DNA of 64,000 nucleotides from IMG/VR virus record IMGVR_UViG_3300044641_006743; one strand, given 5' to 3'. Position numbers and translations under genes: made by a program. Source of the DNA: an uncultured virus (IMG/VR IMGVR_UViG_3300044641_006743). Its lineage: Duplodnaviria > Heunggongvirae > Uroviricota > Caudoviricetes. Positions 18,563-28,329 of this stretch are shown one piece after another; the first letter of the stretch is position 1; each line of letters begins with the position of its first letter. Under the pieces are notes generated by a model. It made no database searches. It was not told the origin of the DNA and was given only the letters and a program-made list of their open reading frames with translations.

Positions 18563-19234
18563 GTGACTACTCTTGTAGCTAATGTTCCACCTGTCAAAGT
18601 ATGGGTAAGGCGTGAATACCTGCGTGATTTAAGAGATGGGCATGGTGAATATACCCCCGGTTATTGGGTGACCTGTAAGTCATTAACTGGACGTGCTTTA
18701 TATTTTGAAACATATCTCACTGAATATGGCGCTCTTTACGACAAGCTTCCCATCAGTGCGTTCCTTGCCTGGGATCCAGATCATCCTGACAAACCACAAG
18801 CACCAACACCAGACCTGGAGCTGACTGACCTGCAGTTCTGGAATGGATTTGACCATGGACTCACGATCATTGAAAAGAATTTGATCTTCAACATGGAGTT
18901 TCAAGTGATGACACGCAGTGCAGGTGTAATGAAGGGCACATACTTATTTACGGTTGACAATTATCATCCTCATAGAAATGAACCGGATTTTTACTTTGCG
19001 GAATTTCCTGACGAACATAAGTCCCACAACATTGTGGCTTTGGACAACGGTCAAATTGGCGCTTATCCCAACAATCGTTGTCGAATGGTTGATCCATCGC
19101 TCACCAACCACAACCTAAAGACACCAGACTTCAAGGTGTCAACGCGTTACTTCGATGTTGAATGTGCCCCCAAGTGGGGACGCCTAGGTGAATGCGATGA
19201 TTATTTTTGGAAAACACCAAATGAATCTGTATAA
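18563..19234 (+). CDS. Conserved phage hypothetical protein
   Basis: 223 aa; ANVPPVKVWVRREYL, GALYDKLPISAF, EHKSHN and YPNNR motifs. Confidence 0.7.
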   Translation: MTTLVANVPPVKVWVRREYLRDLRDGHGEYTPGYWVTCKSLTGRALYFETYLTEYGALYDKLPISAFLAWDPDHPDKPQAPTPDLELTDLQFWNGFDHGLTIIEKNLIFNMEFQVMTRSAGVMKGTYLFTVDNYHPHRNEPDFYFAEFPDEHKSHNIVALDNGQIGAYPNNRCRMVDPSLTNHNLKTPDFKVSTRYFDVECAPKWGRLGECDDYFWKTPNESV

Positions 19235-19367
19235 TAAATGAGTTCCCGCTCTCTTTTGATCGGGCAGCTGGGGTGACTCGCTAGGCAGATAGCCTAGAAG
19301 GAGAGCCAAGATAGAGGTCAGGTCCCTGTTGCGCCCAATGAGACGCATCACACCTGATCCATCTATA

Positions 19368-19441
19368 CGGGGATTAGCGCAGTTTGGCAGCGCATCTGCT
19401 TTGGGAGCAGAGGGCCGCAGGTTCGAATCCTGCATCTCCGA
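19368..19441 (+). tRNA. tRNA-Pro (TGG)
   Basis: Cloverleaf: acceptor CGGGGAT/ATCTCCG, anticodon arm TCTGC-TTTGGGA-GCAGA, T-loop GGTTCGAATCC; CCA not encoded. Confidence 0.95.
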
Positions 19442-19456
19442 TCTACCAATTTAATT

Positions 19457-19663
19457 ATGTGGAGACTCTGGGCAAAAGCATTGGGCGAGAAGGCGTCTCA
19501 TCATAATCACGAAGCAGATAAAGTTGCCGCAATCCGTACAGTAATTTTTATCAGCTATTTGTTGACAAATATGTTTATAGTTAGTGGAGTTATCCGACAC
19601 TGGAATCAGTGCCCTGGGCCGACTCCAAAAAACGCATCAATAAGAATCGAGAGAAGCTTCTGA
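19457..19663 (+). CDS. Small membrane protein
   Basis: MWRLWAKALGEKA..AD.VA.IRT followed by a hydrophobic helix and RHW. Confidence 0.6.
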   Translation: MWRLWAKALGEKASHHNHEADKVAAIRTVIFISYLLTNMFIVSGVIRHWNQCPGPTPKNASIRIERSF

Positions 19664-19863
19664 ACTACAAGAAGACTCTGCAATGCAAGCAGTGTGGGAT
19701 TGACGATCACCGTGTCTTAGAGTTTCACCACGTTGGCAATAAGGATAACAATATATCTGACATGGTGAACCACGGCTATGGCTGGAGCAGAGTAGAAGAA
19801 GAGATCAGTAAATGTATCCCGCTATGCTGCAACTGCCACAGGCTTGAGCACTGGGCTAGTTAA
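19609..19863 (+). CDS. Small HNH-type Zn-binding protein
   Basis: CKQCG..LEFHH..EISKCIPLCCNCHRLEH. Confidence 0.75.
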   Translation: MPWADSKKRINKNREKLLNYKKTLQCKQCGIDDHRVLEFHHVGNKDNNISDMVNHGYGWSRVEEEISKCIPLCCNCHRLEHWAS

Positions 19864-21353
19864 CGACCAAAAATACCAAGAGCACCTAAACGTTTTTTCC
19901 ATGCTGCTGCAGCATTTTGAAGAAGTTGTTGAGCTTGTGTAGCAATATTACCTTCTCCAGCAACAGAACCACGGGGTACCACAACTGGTTTGCCGTTTCG
20001 ATAAGCAATACCTGTATTTGTGTAGCGGCCTTGCGGAGATAAAACTGTATTAGTACGTGTATCTACAAATTGACCTTCTGGGCCAAGTCGTTCAATGGAA
20101 GCGGTTCGTGCTCCCCCTAAATTTTCTGCACTGATTGGATCACTGATTGCAGTAACCAAAGCTTCTTGTGGAGATGCGCCTAATGCATAGTTAATACCAG
20201 CATCTAAAAGAAATGCTTTAGTTGCAGGTTTTACAGACGTTTTGACTGTTGCTGGAAGTTGTTGAACAGCACGTACAGGTGCACCTAAAGAACCACGACC
20301 TGCAAGTATATTTTGACCAATTAAATAGTTGCGAGTACCTATTGCTTTTTGTAAAGGAGTAAAATCAGGCGCAGGTTTTGTGCCTAAAAAACTAGGAGCG
20401 GAAGCCTCTGTACGTGTAAAAAATTCTGTATACGGTTGCAAAGGAAGAAGGCGTTCAGATCCCGTAGTAAAACGTTGAACATCTTTTGATCCTCCGCCAT
20501 AACCACTTCTATAAGGTTGAGGGCTTAAGGGTCCAGCAAGACCTTCTGATTCGTACAGTGCGGCTCTCCATTGAGGATTAGCAGCAGCTTTTTGATTAAC
20601 AGGAGTTAGTGTTGATACTCCACCAAAAGGACCTTGTGTTTCAAAGATGTTTTTTTGAAGCTCTTGAAGTACTTCTTCTTTAAATCCTTTTGGTTTTTCA
20701 TTCACATATCCAAGTTCTTGCCAGGTTCTTGGCGTCATGGGTTGACCGCTATAGTCACCGATATAAGCACTTTTTGACCTAATAGCGTCAAGTTTTTCTT
20801 TTAGTTTTTCTGGTTGACGCCCATAGTAAGGATCGTTTTCTATTTGTTGCTTTACTTCAAAATCAATACGATCTTGTATGTTTGGACCTGTTGCAAAACT
20901 GTAGTCACTTCCTGCGTTTTTTGGCACCCTAAAGTCTTGAAGAAATTGATTTGCAGCAGGTGTTAAAGCAGACGAACCAAAATCTACAGGCAATTGACCA
21001 AAGGTCATCTGCCAAGGTCTACCAGTAGCTTGGTTGACCAGCCCAGGCATATCTTTTGTGTTGTAGTTATAGCCTATTTGTTGATCAATTCTTCCTACCG
21101 CAAACTTTTCTCTATCTGTTGTTGGACGCAACGGTGAATTTATTAACCCCCTAGACGCCTCTACTGCGTCAAGGATTTCTTTATCAGTAGCTGGAATTCC
21201 TTTCCTTCCAATGACATTACCTTCGCCATAGAAGTCAAGAATTTCTTGATCTGTTGTATTAGTTCGTAGATAATTTGTAAGGAAATTATCTAGTTTTTGT
21301 TGTAAGTTATTGATAGGCATCAACCGTTCCGCAACGTAGCTTTGATTTGCCAA
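19860..21353 (-). CDS. Hypothetical protein, possibly virion-associated
   Basis: 497-aa ORF with no recognised motif. Confidence 0.6.
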   Translation of the reverse strand: MANQSYVAERLMPINNLQQKLDNFLTNYLRTNTTDQEILDFYGEGNVIGRKGIPATDKEILDAVEASRGLINSPLRPTTDREKFAVGRIDQQIGYNYNTKDMPGLVNQATGRPWQMTFGQLPVDFGSSALTPAANQFLQDFRVPKNAGSDYSFATGPNIQDRIDFEVKQQIENDPYYGRQPEKLKEKLDAIRSKSAYIGDYSGQPMTPRTWQELGYVNEKPKGFKEEVLQELQKNIFETQGPFGGVSTLTPVNQKAAANPQWRAALYESEGLAGPLSPQPYRSGYGGGSKDVQRFTTGSERLLPLQPYTEFFTRTEASAPSFLGTKPAPDFTPLQKAIGTRNYLIGQNILAGRGSLGAPVRAVQQLPATVKTSVKPATKAFLLDAGINYALGASPQEALVTAISDPISAENLGGARTASIERLGPEGQFVDTRTNTVLSPQGRYTNTGIAYRNGKPVVVPRGSVAGEGNIATQAQQLLQNAAAAWKKRLGALGIFGR

Positions 21354-21862
21354 GCAGCCTTAAAGGCTTGTCCGCATAAATCACTGAGATAGTTCTGGAT
21401 ATCAATGGCACCCACCTTGGCAGCAACGGGCTCCAGCTTCTTGGTCTTCATGCCCAGCTCTTCAAGGTTCTTGTAGTACGTGGTGAGCTGATCGGTCCCC
21501 TTGTAGCTGGTAACGTGTTGGATTCCAGGACCGGCATCAGCCAAGCCCCTGGCGCACATGGGCATCAGGTAATCCATCGACCTGATGAATTCTGACAACG
21601 TATCGAACTGAGCCTGATGAGCCTCGTACTGATCTCCAAGGAAGGCATGCACCCCGAGGAAGTTCGACCCCTCAAAATTTAAATGGATCAGATGGGCTTG
21701 TGTCTGAAGTTCCTTGAGGTAGGAAGCCAAGGAGATGCACTGTTGAATGAAGGCCCCGACATCACCATTCTTTGAACGCGCCGGACCTTTTGGCTTGGTC
21801 TGGGGCTCAGGGATCACTCCGTTTTGGGGTGGTTGCTGAGCTTGCGGACCAGGAGTATACAT
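21320..21862 (-). CDS. Dps/ferritin-like protein
   Basis: AHLIHLNFEGSNFLGVHAFLGDQYE..FDTLSEFIR..KAAWQI matches the Dps ferroxidase pattern. Confidence 0.8.
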   Translation of the reverse strand: MYTPGPQAQQPPQNGVIPEPQTKPKGPARSKNGDVGAFIQQCISLASYLKELQTQAHLIHLNFEGSNFLGVHAFLGDQYEAHQAQFDTLSEFIRSMDYLMPMCARGLADAGPGIQHVTSYKGTDQLTTYYKNLEELGMKTKKLEPVAAKVGAIDIQNYLSDLCGQAFKAAWQIKATLRNG

Positions 21863-21914
21863 AATTTTTTTGCAGTAATCCTATTGTAACGCGAACTAAT
21901 TACACAATTTCATA

Positions 21915-23234
21915 CTAACGACTGATCTCTTCCCAGTCCATGGAAGCAAGTACATCAGAGCCAGCTTGTGCAGTGCTGCACGCTAATGTTAATTCCGTGG
22001 CAGTACTAGTGAGACCATTACGCTCCAGTTGGAATGAGAACAATGCTTCTTTCAAGATGTCAACAACGGTTGATCCTTGGTTAGAACCAGTGGCAAAACC
22101 GCTGGCCAAAAGACGTCCTGTACCAATAGTAAAGGATGTACCAGTGATGTTGTATTCAACAGAGGAGGTTGCCCCTGTGGTATCCCAAGAGCCAGCCGAA
22201 GTTGTACCACCAACTATTATTTTCCAATTGTAGTTTGAGTTGTTGGTAATACCCATGATTGACAATGCAGTCAAGATGACAATTGCATCAAGACGCGTTG
22301 ACTTAAGCCTGATAGAAATAACAGGATACTCAGTAGAGGCGTTTGTTAAATCACGCGGAGAAGCAACCGGAGTTCCAATTGCAGACTGTGCACCACGTAA
22401 TTCATAACCACCTTCCGACAGTACGGTTGAGCATACTTGTTTTAATGTGCTGTTGCTTGCTGTTGTATCAACGTTAGTAATTTCATAACGCAACGGCAAG
22501 GATGCCGTTGTTATATAGGTGGATGTAATTAAATTGGCGTGATGGAATGAATGGCAGTGAATAAATGAACCATTGATTACAAACCCAGCACGTACGGTAC
22601 CAAGGCCAAGCCATTCAATATCAAACCAAAGGATTTGTGCTTTGGTAATATCAAGTGTAAAACCAGATGGTCCATTGCCATCCAGCTTGTCGACGTTCCA
22701 GTTGGCTTGAGCTACTCGTGTTTCAGTAAGGTTGCCACTTACAGAACTCCGTTCAACCAAGGCCGGTTCAGTAGTACCACTGACTTCCAGGTATAGCCCA
22801 TTGGATGCACCATAGTAACCAACCCGTTGCCTGAGGTTTGCCTTAGCAGGATTCATCACAAAGGTTGACATAAACAACAGGGATTTCCCTGGTTGATATG
22901 AACAAACTTTATTGGTTTCTCGAATGATTTCAGATCCAGATGCAGTTGTTACATTAAGATCAACAAGGCCTTCGTTTGCATTAAATGCATAGGTCGCACC
23001 AGTACCACTGGATGTAGACCATAAACCATTGTCGTTATAACGATGGCTTGAGTCAAATAGAGTTAAAGGTGCGGATACTCGAGTACGTCCAAAAGCATCC
23101 CCTGCCATGCCAGCTGGTTGAACGTAAACAGAATTTCCGCTTGCTGTTATGACTTCTAAAGGACGCCCACTACAAGTCTGAACTTTCTCAACATGGTATA
23201 AATGTGTATCAGTTGGATCTCTGTAATTAGGCAT
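21915..23234 (-). CDS. Probable virion structural protein
   Basis: DAFGRTRVS.P.TLFDS, YQPGKS, WLGLGTVR.GF and W.E at the C-terminus; Ser/Thr-rich beta protein. Confidence 0.65.
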   Translation of the reverse strand: MPNYRDPTDTHLYHVEKVQTCSGRPLEVITASGNSVYVQPAGMAGDAFGRTRVSAPLTLFDSSHRYNDNGLWSTSSGTGATYAFNANEGLVDLNVTTASGSEIIRETNKVCSYQPGKSLLFMSTFVMNPAKANLRQRVGYYGASNGLYLEVSGTTEPALVERSSVSGNLTETRVAQANWNVDKLDGNGPSGFTLDITKAQILWFDIEWLGLGTVRAGFVINGSFIHCHSFHHANLITSTYITTASLPLRYEITNVDTTASNSTLKQVCSTVLSEGGYELRGAQSAIGTPVASPRDLTNASTEYPVISIRLKSTRLDAIVILTALSIMGITNNSNYNWKIIVGGTTSAGSWDTTGATSSVEYNITGTSFTIGTGRLLASGFATGSNQGSTVVDILKEALFSFQLERNGLTSTATELTLACSTAQAGSDVLASMDWEEISR

Positions 23235-23280
23235 GGTATTTCTATAGCTTTATTTATTCTAAGTTCAATAAGTTAATACG

Positions 23281-23307
23281 AAAAAGCAGTGACCTTACGG
23301 CCACTGC
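23281..23307 (-). terminator. Rho-independent terminator
   Basis: Minus strand GCAGTGGCC-GTAA-GGTCACTGC followed by TTTTT. Confidence 0.75.
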
Positions 23308-23327
23308 AAAGTAAATATTTCAATAAA

Positions 23328-23744
23328 TCAATCGTTGTTTACATTCTGTAACAGCTTGATTAACTTTTGGTTTTCATCGGCATTCTTTTGATAGAACTGC
23401 CAGTTGTCATAAACTACCTCAAGCAATACCTCAAAGAATTCGCCACCAGAAAGAACGTTAGTGTCTACAAATTCACTGACGGTATCTGCCAGATATTCAC
23501 GCAACCGTTCTTTTGACTTGGCTTTGGACTCCTGAAAGAACATGGAAGCTTTAGTGCCAGCACCTAGAAGTACATCAGCTTCTGGCTTGAAGTTGTTTTT
23601 GATATAGTTGCTTTTTTCAGCAGATGACTCCCTGGAATCTTTAGCAACCATTGGTGCAGGTGCACGCATTTTTTCACCAAACTCTTTAAAGGCGTCCTTA
23701 TAAGCTTGATCAAGGTTTGCGGTGCTGTCCAAAATAAGTAGCAA
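23328..23744 (-). CDS. Hypothetical protein (start uncertain)
   Basis: 138-aa ORF followed by a terminator. Confidence 0.55.
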   Translation of the reverse strand: MLLILDSTANLDQAYKDAFKEFGEKMRAPAPMVAKDSRESSAEKSNYIKNNFKPEADVLLGAGTKASMFFQESKAKSKERLREYLADTVSEFVDTNVLSGGEFFEVLLEVVYDNWQFYQKNADENQKLIKLLQNVNND

Positions 23745-23886
23745 GATCAGTAACAGCTTGATGATACCCCTCTAACCAGCCATCTGGTTTGGGATGTTTA
23801 CATTTGGGATTATTTTGTTCTGTTACATAAGAGATGTAATTAATGTCCAGTTGCCTTAGCGCAGCTGTAGCAGATTGATCATCCAT

Positions 23887-23919
23887 AAAAAAAGGGATGC
23901 TTTACTTTGGAGCATCCCC
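23887..23919 (-). terminator. Rho-independent terminator
   Basis: Minus strand GGGATGCT..AGCATCCC followed by a T-run. Confidence 0.7.
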
Positions 23920-23946
23920 TCATTTTAAGTTGTAGTTCAGGTTACG

Positions 23947-24240
23947 TTATGCAGAAACGATGACTTCCTGACCTTCAAACTTGCCAGCTTCTAGATCACG
24001 GACAAACTCAAGGCGACGGAAGTATTCATCCCGGCAGTAAGGCGCTGCTTCATTGATGGCAAATGCTTGCCACAGGCCGGTGTAAAAACCATCCTGCCTG
24101 CCAGAGCACTGGTACATGTGCTCCATAAAGTCAGCTTTCTTTTGTTCAGCTTTAACATCCCAGTTGGCAAGCTGTTCTTTCAACCAAGGTGTATCAAAAG
24201 CACCAGCGGTTTTCAGTTTCTTGGCGAGGTCTTCAGTCAT
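23947..24240 (-). CDS. Hypothetical protein
   Basis: KADFMEHMYQCSGR..YTGLWQ; overlaps the upstream ORF. Confidence 0.65.
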   Translation of the reverse strand: MTEDLAKKLKTAGAFDTPWLKEQLANWDVKAEQKKADFMEHMYQCSGRQDGFYTGLWQAFAINEAAPYCRDEYFRRLEFVRDLEAGKFEGQEVIVSA

Positions 24241-24430
24241 TGAAATTGATTGCTGTTACAGAAGTATAGACACCTTTGACGCTGGGACTGACTTCAAAGA
24301 GAAGATTGTCGAGATCTTCCTGAAGAGCTTCTGCAATCTCGTCGGCAGTCTTCCCGCCAAAAGAGTTGTATTCAACGTCCAGGTCAACCGCAAATGATAC
24401 GGTTAACATTGGTACAGCAACCTTTTCCAT
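24233..24430 (-). CDS. Hypothetical protein
   Basis: 65-aa ATG ORF in operon. Confidence 0.55.
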   Translation of the reverse strand: MEKVAVPMLTVSFAVDLDVEYNSFGGKTADEIAEALQEDLDNLLFEVSPSVKGVYTSVTAINFND

Positions 24431-24473
24431 TGAAAGAAGTAAAGACCTAGTTACTGTAGCAGTAATTTAATTC

Positions 24474-24737
24474 TCACTGACCAAACAAACGCTCAAGAGA
24501 ATGAGCTTGATGCTCTTGGTAATAACCAAGTCGTTGTTGAATAAGGTTGTAGTAATGGATTGCAGAATCTACCATTTCTTCTGCGTCCATAGATGCAGCA
24601 AGGTTTTCATTGGAAAGCATGGCTGCCGTCAAGATGACGACACCATGCTCGATCTTGGAACCAATCGTTGCAGACAGAGGAGTCCCATCGTTGGTAAATC
24701 CAGCAATCATTTTGTTCAACACTGAATCACCACCCAT
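24474..24737 (-). CDS. Hypothetical protein
   Basis: 87-aa ORF preceded by AAGGAG. Confidence 0.65.
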   Translation of the reverse strand: MGGDSVLNKMIAGFTNDGTPLSATIGSKIEHGVVILTAAMLSNENLAASMDAEEMVDSAIHYYNLIQQRLGYYQEHQAHSLERLFGQ

Positions 24738-24772
24738 AAGACTCCTTGCATGTCTACTTATTGTATTGCAGC

Positions 24773-25117
24773 TTATTTATCTCCCCGTGCGGTGACATAC
24801 CAATAGGCATGGCGTGCATTCTGATGAAACCGTTTGCCAGACAACAACTTAAGCTTGCGCTCTTCTAGCTCATCCAACTTGGATTCCTGATAAGCAGGCA
24901 ACTCCTTACCATCCTCACAAATCATGCTGATCTCAATATCAATCATGTCGATTTGCATTTGGAAGTCATCCACCGATTGCTGGTGGCAACACATCATGAT
25001 ATGTGCGTCTTCCAGGTCAGTCGGCGGAGTCAGGTTCCGGTAGAAACTCTCCGTGATATTCGGGTGCTTGTGCTTCCATCCGCTTGGTAGAGAAGAGGCG
25101 GTTCTTTCGGATTGCAT
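24773..25117 (-). CDS. Hypothetical protein (start uncertain)
   Basis: C-terminal half of the 214-aa track ORF; the upstream half is the alternate frame of the Gp157-like gene. Confidence 0.5.
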   Translation of the reverse strand: MQSERTASSLPSGWKHKHPNITESFYRNLTPPTDLEDAHIMMCCHQQSVDDFQMQIDMIDIEISMICEDGKELPAYQESKLDELEERKLKLLSGKRFHQNARHAYWYVTARGDK

Positions 25118-25730
25118 ACTGCTGCTCGACTTTGACTCCTTGGGGGAGGTGTTCACCGTTTTGGTAAGCGTCACGGATGGCATCAAGGTTGGGGAGAGTT
25201 TCAAGTTTTGTTTTAGGTTCTGTTCTATCGGATAGAACTTCTCCTGACATTGAACGTACCACGATTCTTTTGGTTGTGGTGACCTCTTGCTGGATGCAGT
25301 ATTTAGATCTTTCGTCAGTGTGCCAAAACTCCGGATCCGATGTGACCTCGACCGTAAGCTCCTTTTTCTTGGAGAGGACAAACTCATAGTTTCTGCCTTG
25401 TATTCGATTTGAGTCAAGCGGCAGTGCCCGCCGCAACCAGCTTAGTAAATTTTTCAGTTGGTTAAGCTGGCTCTCATGGTGGCGCTTGGCTTGACTAATT
25501 AAGTCGCTTTCTTTTTTAATACGCTCTAGGGCATCCTCATGGGAAGCCATTGCGTAATAAACGCGATCAATCTTTTCGGACCGCAGGCTTGCACAAGCTT
25601 CCAGCTCAGCCTTTGCCAATTCCTGGGACTCAGGAGTGAGAAGAGGAAGAGAGCGTTCCAGGGCACCATAGTGCTCGTAAAGCTTGATGATGTTTAGATC
25701 TTCAAGTTTAGTTTGAGTAATGTGCGCCAT
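25017..25730 (-). CDS. Siphovirus Gp157-like protein
   Basis: Coiled coil EKIDRVY..IKKESDLI..KR..QLKNLL and C-terminal PNLDAIRDAYQNGEHLPQGV. Confidence 0.7.
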   Translation of the reverse strand: MAHITQTKLEDLNIIKLYEHYGALERSLPLLTPESQELAKAELEACASLRSEKIDRVYYAMASHEDALERIKKESDLISQAKRHHESQLNQLKNLLSWLRRALPLDSNRIQGRNYEFVLSKKKELTVEVTSDPEFWHTDERSKYCIQQEVTTTKRIVVRSMSGEVLSDRTEPKTKLETLPNLDAIRDAYQNGEHLPQGVKVEQQYAIRKNRLFSTKRMEAQAPEYHGEFLPEPDSAD

Positions 25731-25732
25731 GA

Positions 25733-25852
25733 TCAGATGGTGTTGAATTGAGTTTGAATTTTGTTGAGTAAGTAAGTGAGGGCCATGCCTGCGGCGGCCC
25801 ACAAAAGATCTTTAACCACCGGAAGTACGGCAGCAAACAAAGATTCGAACAT
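25733..25852 (-). CDS. Small membrane peptide (39 aa, not in ORF track)
   Basis: Hand translation MFESLFAAVLPVVKDLLWAAAGMALTYLLNKIQTQFNTI; follows a pseudoknot repeat and a C/A-rich leader. Confidence 0.55.
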   Translation of the reverse strand: MFESLFAAVLPVVKDLLWAAAGMALTYLLNKIQTQFNTI

Positions 25853-25873
25853 GAGTTGGAGTTGAGATAGGTT

Positions 25874-25900
25874 GGTCAGTTTTGCGTCATGACCAGGACG
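25874..25900 (-). repeat. Pseudoknot repeat family 1, copy A
   Basis: Minus strand CGTC-CT-GGTCA-T-GACG-CAAAAC-TGACC. Confidence 0.85.
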
Positions 25901-25925
25901 GCGACCCTGCAAGGTTTGTGCGTAG

Positions 25926-26327
25926 TCAGTCTACCGGAGCGTCTAGGCTCTCGACAATCCCATTCAAGCCACTGGTTGTGATGGTCACAAGGTTGGCAAT
26001 GTAATCAGTCAGTGCATCCACCTTGGCACTGAGCGATTGGACTTCCGCCATCAGCTCCTCCCTGGTGGGAGTGATACCAAAGATTTCAACCGTTGCTTCT
26101 TTCAAAGCCTCAGGGTTGTTGGTGCGTTGATAACGGCGGCAATCATCATTGGTTGTGTACACAGCTTCTTGGTACAAGTCCAAAAGCGTTTTGAAGTCTG
26201 CATTACCAACACCTTCTGCAGACATAATGTTGCAGGTGTCTAAATAGAGCTTGGCAGAAACACGAATATTCTTGCGGAAAAATTCTGAGTACTCGTCAAA
26301 GGTCAAGCCGTAAGTGTCAATCGACAT
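25926..26327 (-). CDS. Hypothetical protein
   Basis: ORF in the leftward operon; start uncertain. Confidence 0.6.
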   Translation of the reverse strand: MSIDTYGLTFDEYSEFFRKNIRVSAKLYLDTCNIMSAEGVGNADFKTLLDLYQEAVYTTNDDCRRYQRTNNPEALKEATVEIFGITPTREELMAEVQSLSAKVDALTDYIANLVTITTSGLNGIVESLDAPVD

Positions 26328-26541
26328 GAGAATCAAAAGCTTCGGTGTCAGTGTAAGCGGCACAAGCGTTCCGCAGTGCAGTCAAAATAAACTCTTCTTG
26401 GCTTTCTGGACCCAAAGAAGTCCAGTAGTCAAGGTCAGGATCGTTTTCATCCCACTCAATTTGGATGGTCATCGTCCCATCCGGTTCATCAATACATTCA
26501 AGCTTGAGCTTTTCGATCCAATTCAGATTCGACATGGCCAA
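26317..26541 (-). CDS. Hypothetical protein
   Basis: DEPDGTMTIQIEWDENDP motif, common in phage small proteins. Confidence 0.6.
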   Translation of the reverse strand: MAMSNLNWIEKLKLECIDEPDGTMTIQIEWDENDPDLDYWTSLGPESQEEFILTALRNACAAYTDTEAFDSHVD

Positions 26542-26806
26542 TAAGAACGTTGATTGCGTAGTCTTCGTGGTGCATCTTAAGGTCAGCAGCTAGCTTGACA
26601 AGCTCCCAATGGGTATCTTCTGGAATTTCAAGGTCGTAGCGTTTGTCACCAATGATTGTGTCGTTGCGTGGTTGCATGGCTAGTTGACGTGCGTAGTCAA
26701 GGATGTCATCATCCTTTGATGTAATGGTTAGCTGAGCTGATGGACGCTTTGTACCAAGACGAAAGTTTTCAATTCCCTTTGTAGCAAAAATTAATTCATC
26801 ACTCAT
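26498..26806 (-). CDS. Hypothetical protein
   Basis: 102-aa ORF overlapping both neighbours. Confidence 0.55.
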   Translation of the reverse strand: MSDELIFATKGIENFRLGTKRPSAQLTITSKDDDILDYARQLAMQPRNDTIIGDKRYDLEIPEDTHWELVKLAADLKMHHEDYAINVLIGHVESELDRKAQA

Positions 26807-27747
26807 TTCTTGATGGCAGCTTTGAGTTGGGGCAATGCAATACCAGGGAATGGTGCATAACCCGCCTCCATCATATTGAAAAACAGATCCCAGGCATCGT
26901 TCTGTGTGAACACCTCTTTAGGTTTGTAGGTACGCCAGTGGGTCAACGGAGCCTGTGCACCAGATTTAGTGTGCAGCAAAACAAAACGCCCATCACTGGT
27001 GTGGTCCACCGGAGGTGCATACCACCAAGCCACGCACTTATCAGGTGCACCACTGGGGCTGGCGTTGCGAACTTCAGTGCGTTTGCACAGTAGCTCACGG
27101 TACTTGTTGAACCAAGTCAGGTGGATGCACCAGGGCTTAAAGCCTTGGATCTCCTGCTGGAATTGTGAAACATTAAGAAGCTGACGCTGAAAGGACCCAC
27201 ATGAGCAATAAGGTTCAGCAGCGACGGGCGATAGACCTGACTCTTGGTCCTCCAGGTCAGTGTCCAAGTCCAGGGGCCGATTCGGAAGCCGCATCCCGTC
27301 CGGTGCAACCAGATGACCGATGTCGGTTTGATCCGATTGAAGAAGGGTTGTGACTTTTGTGATGTCATTGACGTGAATAAAACGATCAGCCCAATGCGCC
27401 TGGAGTTGAGCGTTGGGACTTAGGTGTCCGAGTGCGTGCGTGTAGTTCCAGCCCTTAAACAGTATGTAAGCATTGTGATGCCATACACTAGGGCCACGAT
27501 AGTTAGGGCCAAGATACGAAAAGAAGTCCTTAAGTCTATGAGTGTAAGTGGAGTATGCAGCTTGGATCAGCTGCCGTGAGTAAGTTTGCTCACTACCATC
27601 ATGACGCACCACAAGGCAATTGTCGCCTCGCAAATAGATCCCAGCAATGCTGGTGTCATCAAAGTCTTGGTACGCACGGCGGATGTTCGTCCGTGTGTAG
27701 ATACACGCCTGCGCCGCGTTGAGTTCCGTCTGTAGTTGCGTGGACAT
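26803..27747 (-). CDS. SWIM-type zinc finger protein
   Basis: YCSCGSF...WCIH (CxC..CxH). Confidence 0.65.
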   Translation of the reverse strand: MSTQLQTELNAAQACIYTRTNIRRAYQDFDDTSIAGIYLRGDNCLVVRHDGSEQTYSRQLIQAAYSTYTHRLKDFFSYLGPNYRGPSVWHHNAYILFKGWNYTHALGHLSPNAQLQAHWADRFIHVNDITKVTTLLQSDQTDIGHLVAPDGMRLPNRPLDLDTDLEDQESGLSPVAAEPYCSCGSFQRQLLNVSQFQQEIQGFKPWCIHLTWFNKYRELLCKRTEVRNASPSGAPDKCVAWWYAPPVDHTSDGRFVLLHTKSGAQAPLTHWRTYKPKEVFTQNDAWDLFFNMMEAGYAPFPGIALPQLKAAIKK

Positions 27748-27777
27748 TGGGTTGAGTTGGGTTGAGTGAAGGAAGAG

Positions 27778-27987
27778 TCAGACGTGCCAGAAGGAGTCGT
27801 CCTCTTGGCTCTTCTCCTTGAGCTTAGCATCGTACTTGGCCTTTTGGTAGGCGGCTTTCCCCATTCGATAGGTTCCATAAAGGACGGCTGCCCAACAAAC
27901 GGGGTTACCAAGGATAGCTGCAATTGAACCAGCAACAACTGCTGTTGTGCCTGCAGTTCTGAGAGCGGACTTTTCTTCAGGTTTCAT
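27778..27987 (-). CDS. Small membrane protein
   Basis: Hydrophobic N-terminal half. Confidence 0.55.
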   Translation of the reverse strand: MKPEEKSALRTAGTTAVVAGSIAAILGNPVCWAAVLYGTYRMGKAAYQKAKYDAKLKEKSQEDDSFWHV

Positions 27988-28068
27988 TGTGTGATTCTTA
28001 ACACAAAGTAAAAGTTTGAAATGGGTTTTTAATAAGTGAGTAGAATTAGTGTAACAATTTAATACGCA

Positions 28069-28329
28069 ATGGACGAAATCAAGTACGTACCGCTAACCAA
28101 ATTCCAGATTGAGCCAACGCTCGATGATAAGTTTTGGTTAGAAAAAATCAAACGGTCAATCCAAGATTGTGATTCGGTAAGTACGTTAAAAGAAATGGCG
28201 ACCTTGCTTGCTCAAATAGCAACACAAAGGCAAGGCGTAATACGTGGCCTGGTACAAGATTTATTTATTTTTCAAAACGTATCAATCCATCAAGATTCTC
28301 TTGCCAATCCAGAGGTACCTCCCGCTTAA
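28069..28329 (+). CDS. NblA-like phycobilisome degradation protein (tentative)
   Basis: PTLDDKFWLEKIKRSI..LKEMATLLAQIATQRQGVIRGLV resembles the NblA two-helix pattern; has its own TAGAAT -10-like element. Confidence 0.45.
   Translation: MDEIKYVPLTKFQIEPTLDDKFWLEKIKRSIQDCDSVSTLKEMATLLAQIATQRQGVIRGLVQDLFIFQNVSIHQDSLANPEVPPA

Noticed and set aside
28051..28065. NtcA box upstream of the NblA-like gene
   Set aside because: Spacing is GTA-N9-TAC, not N8
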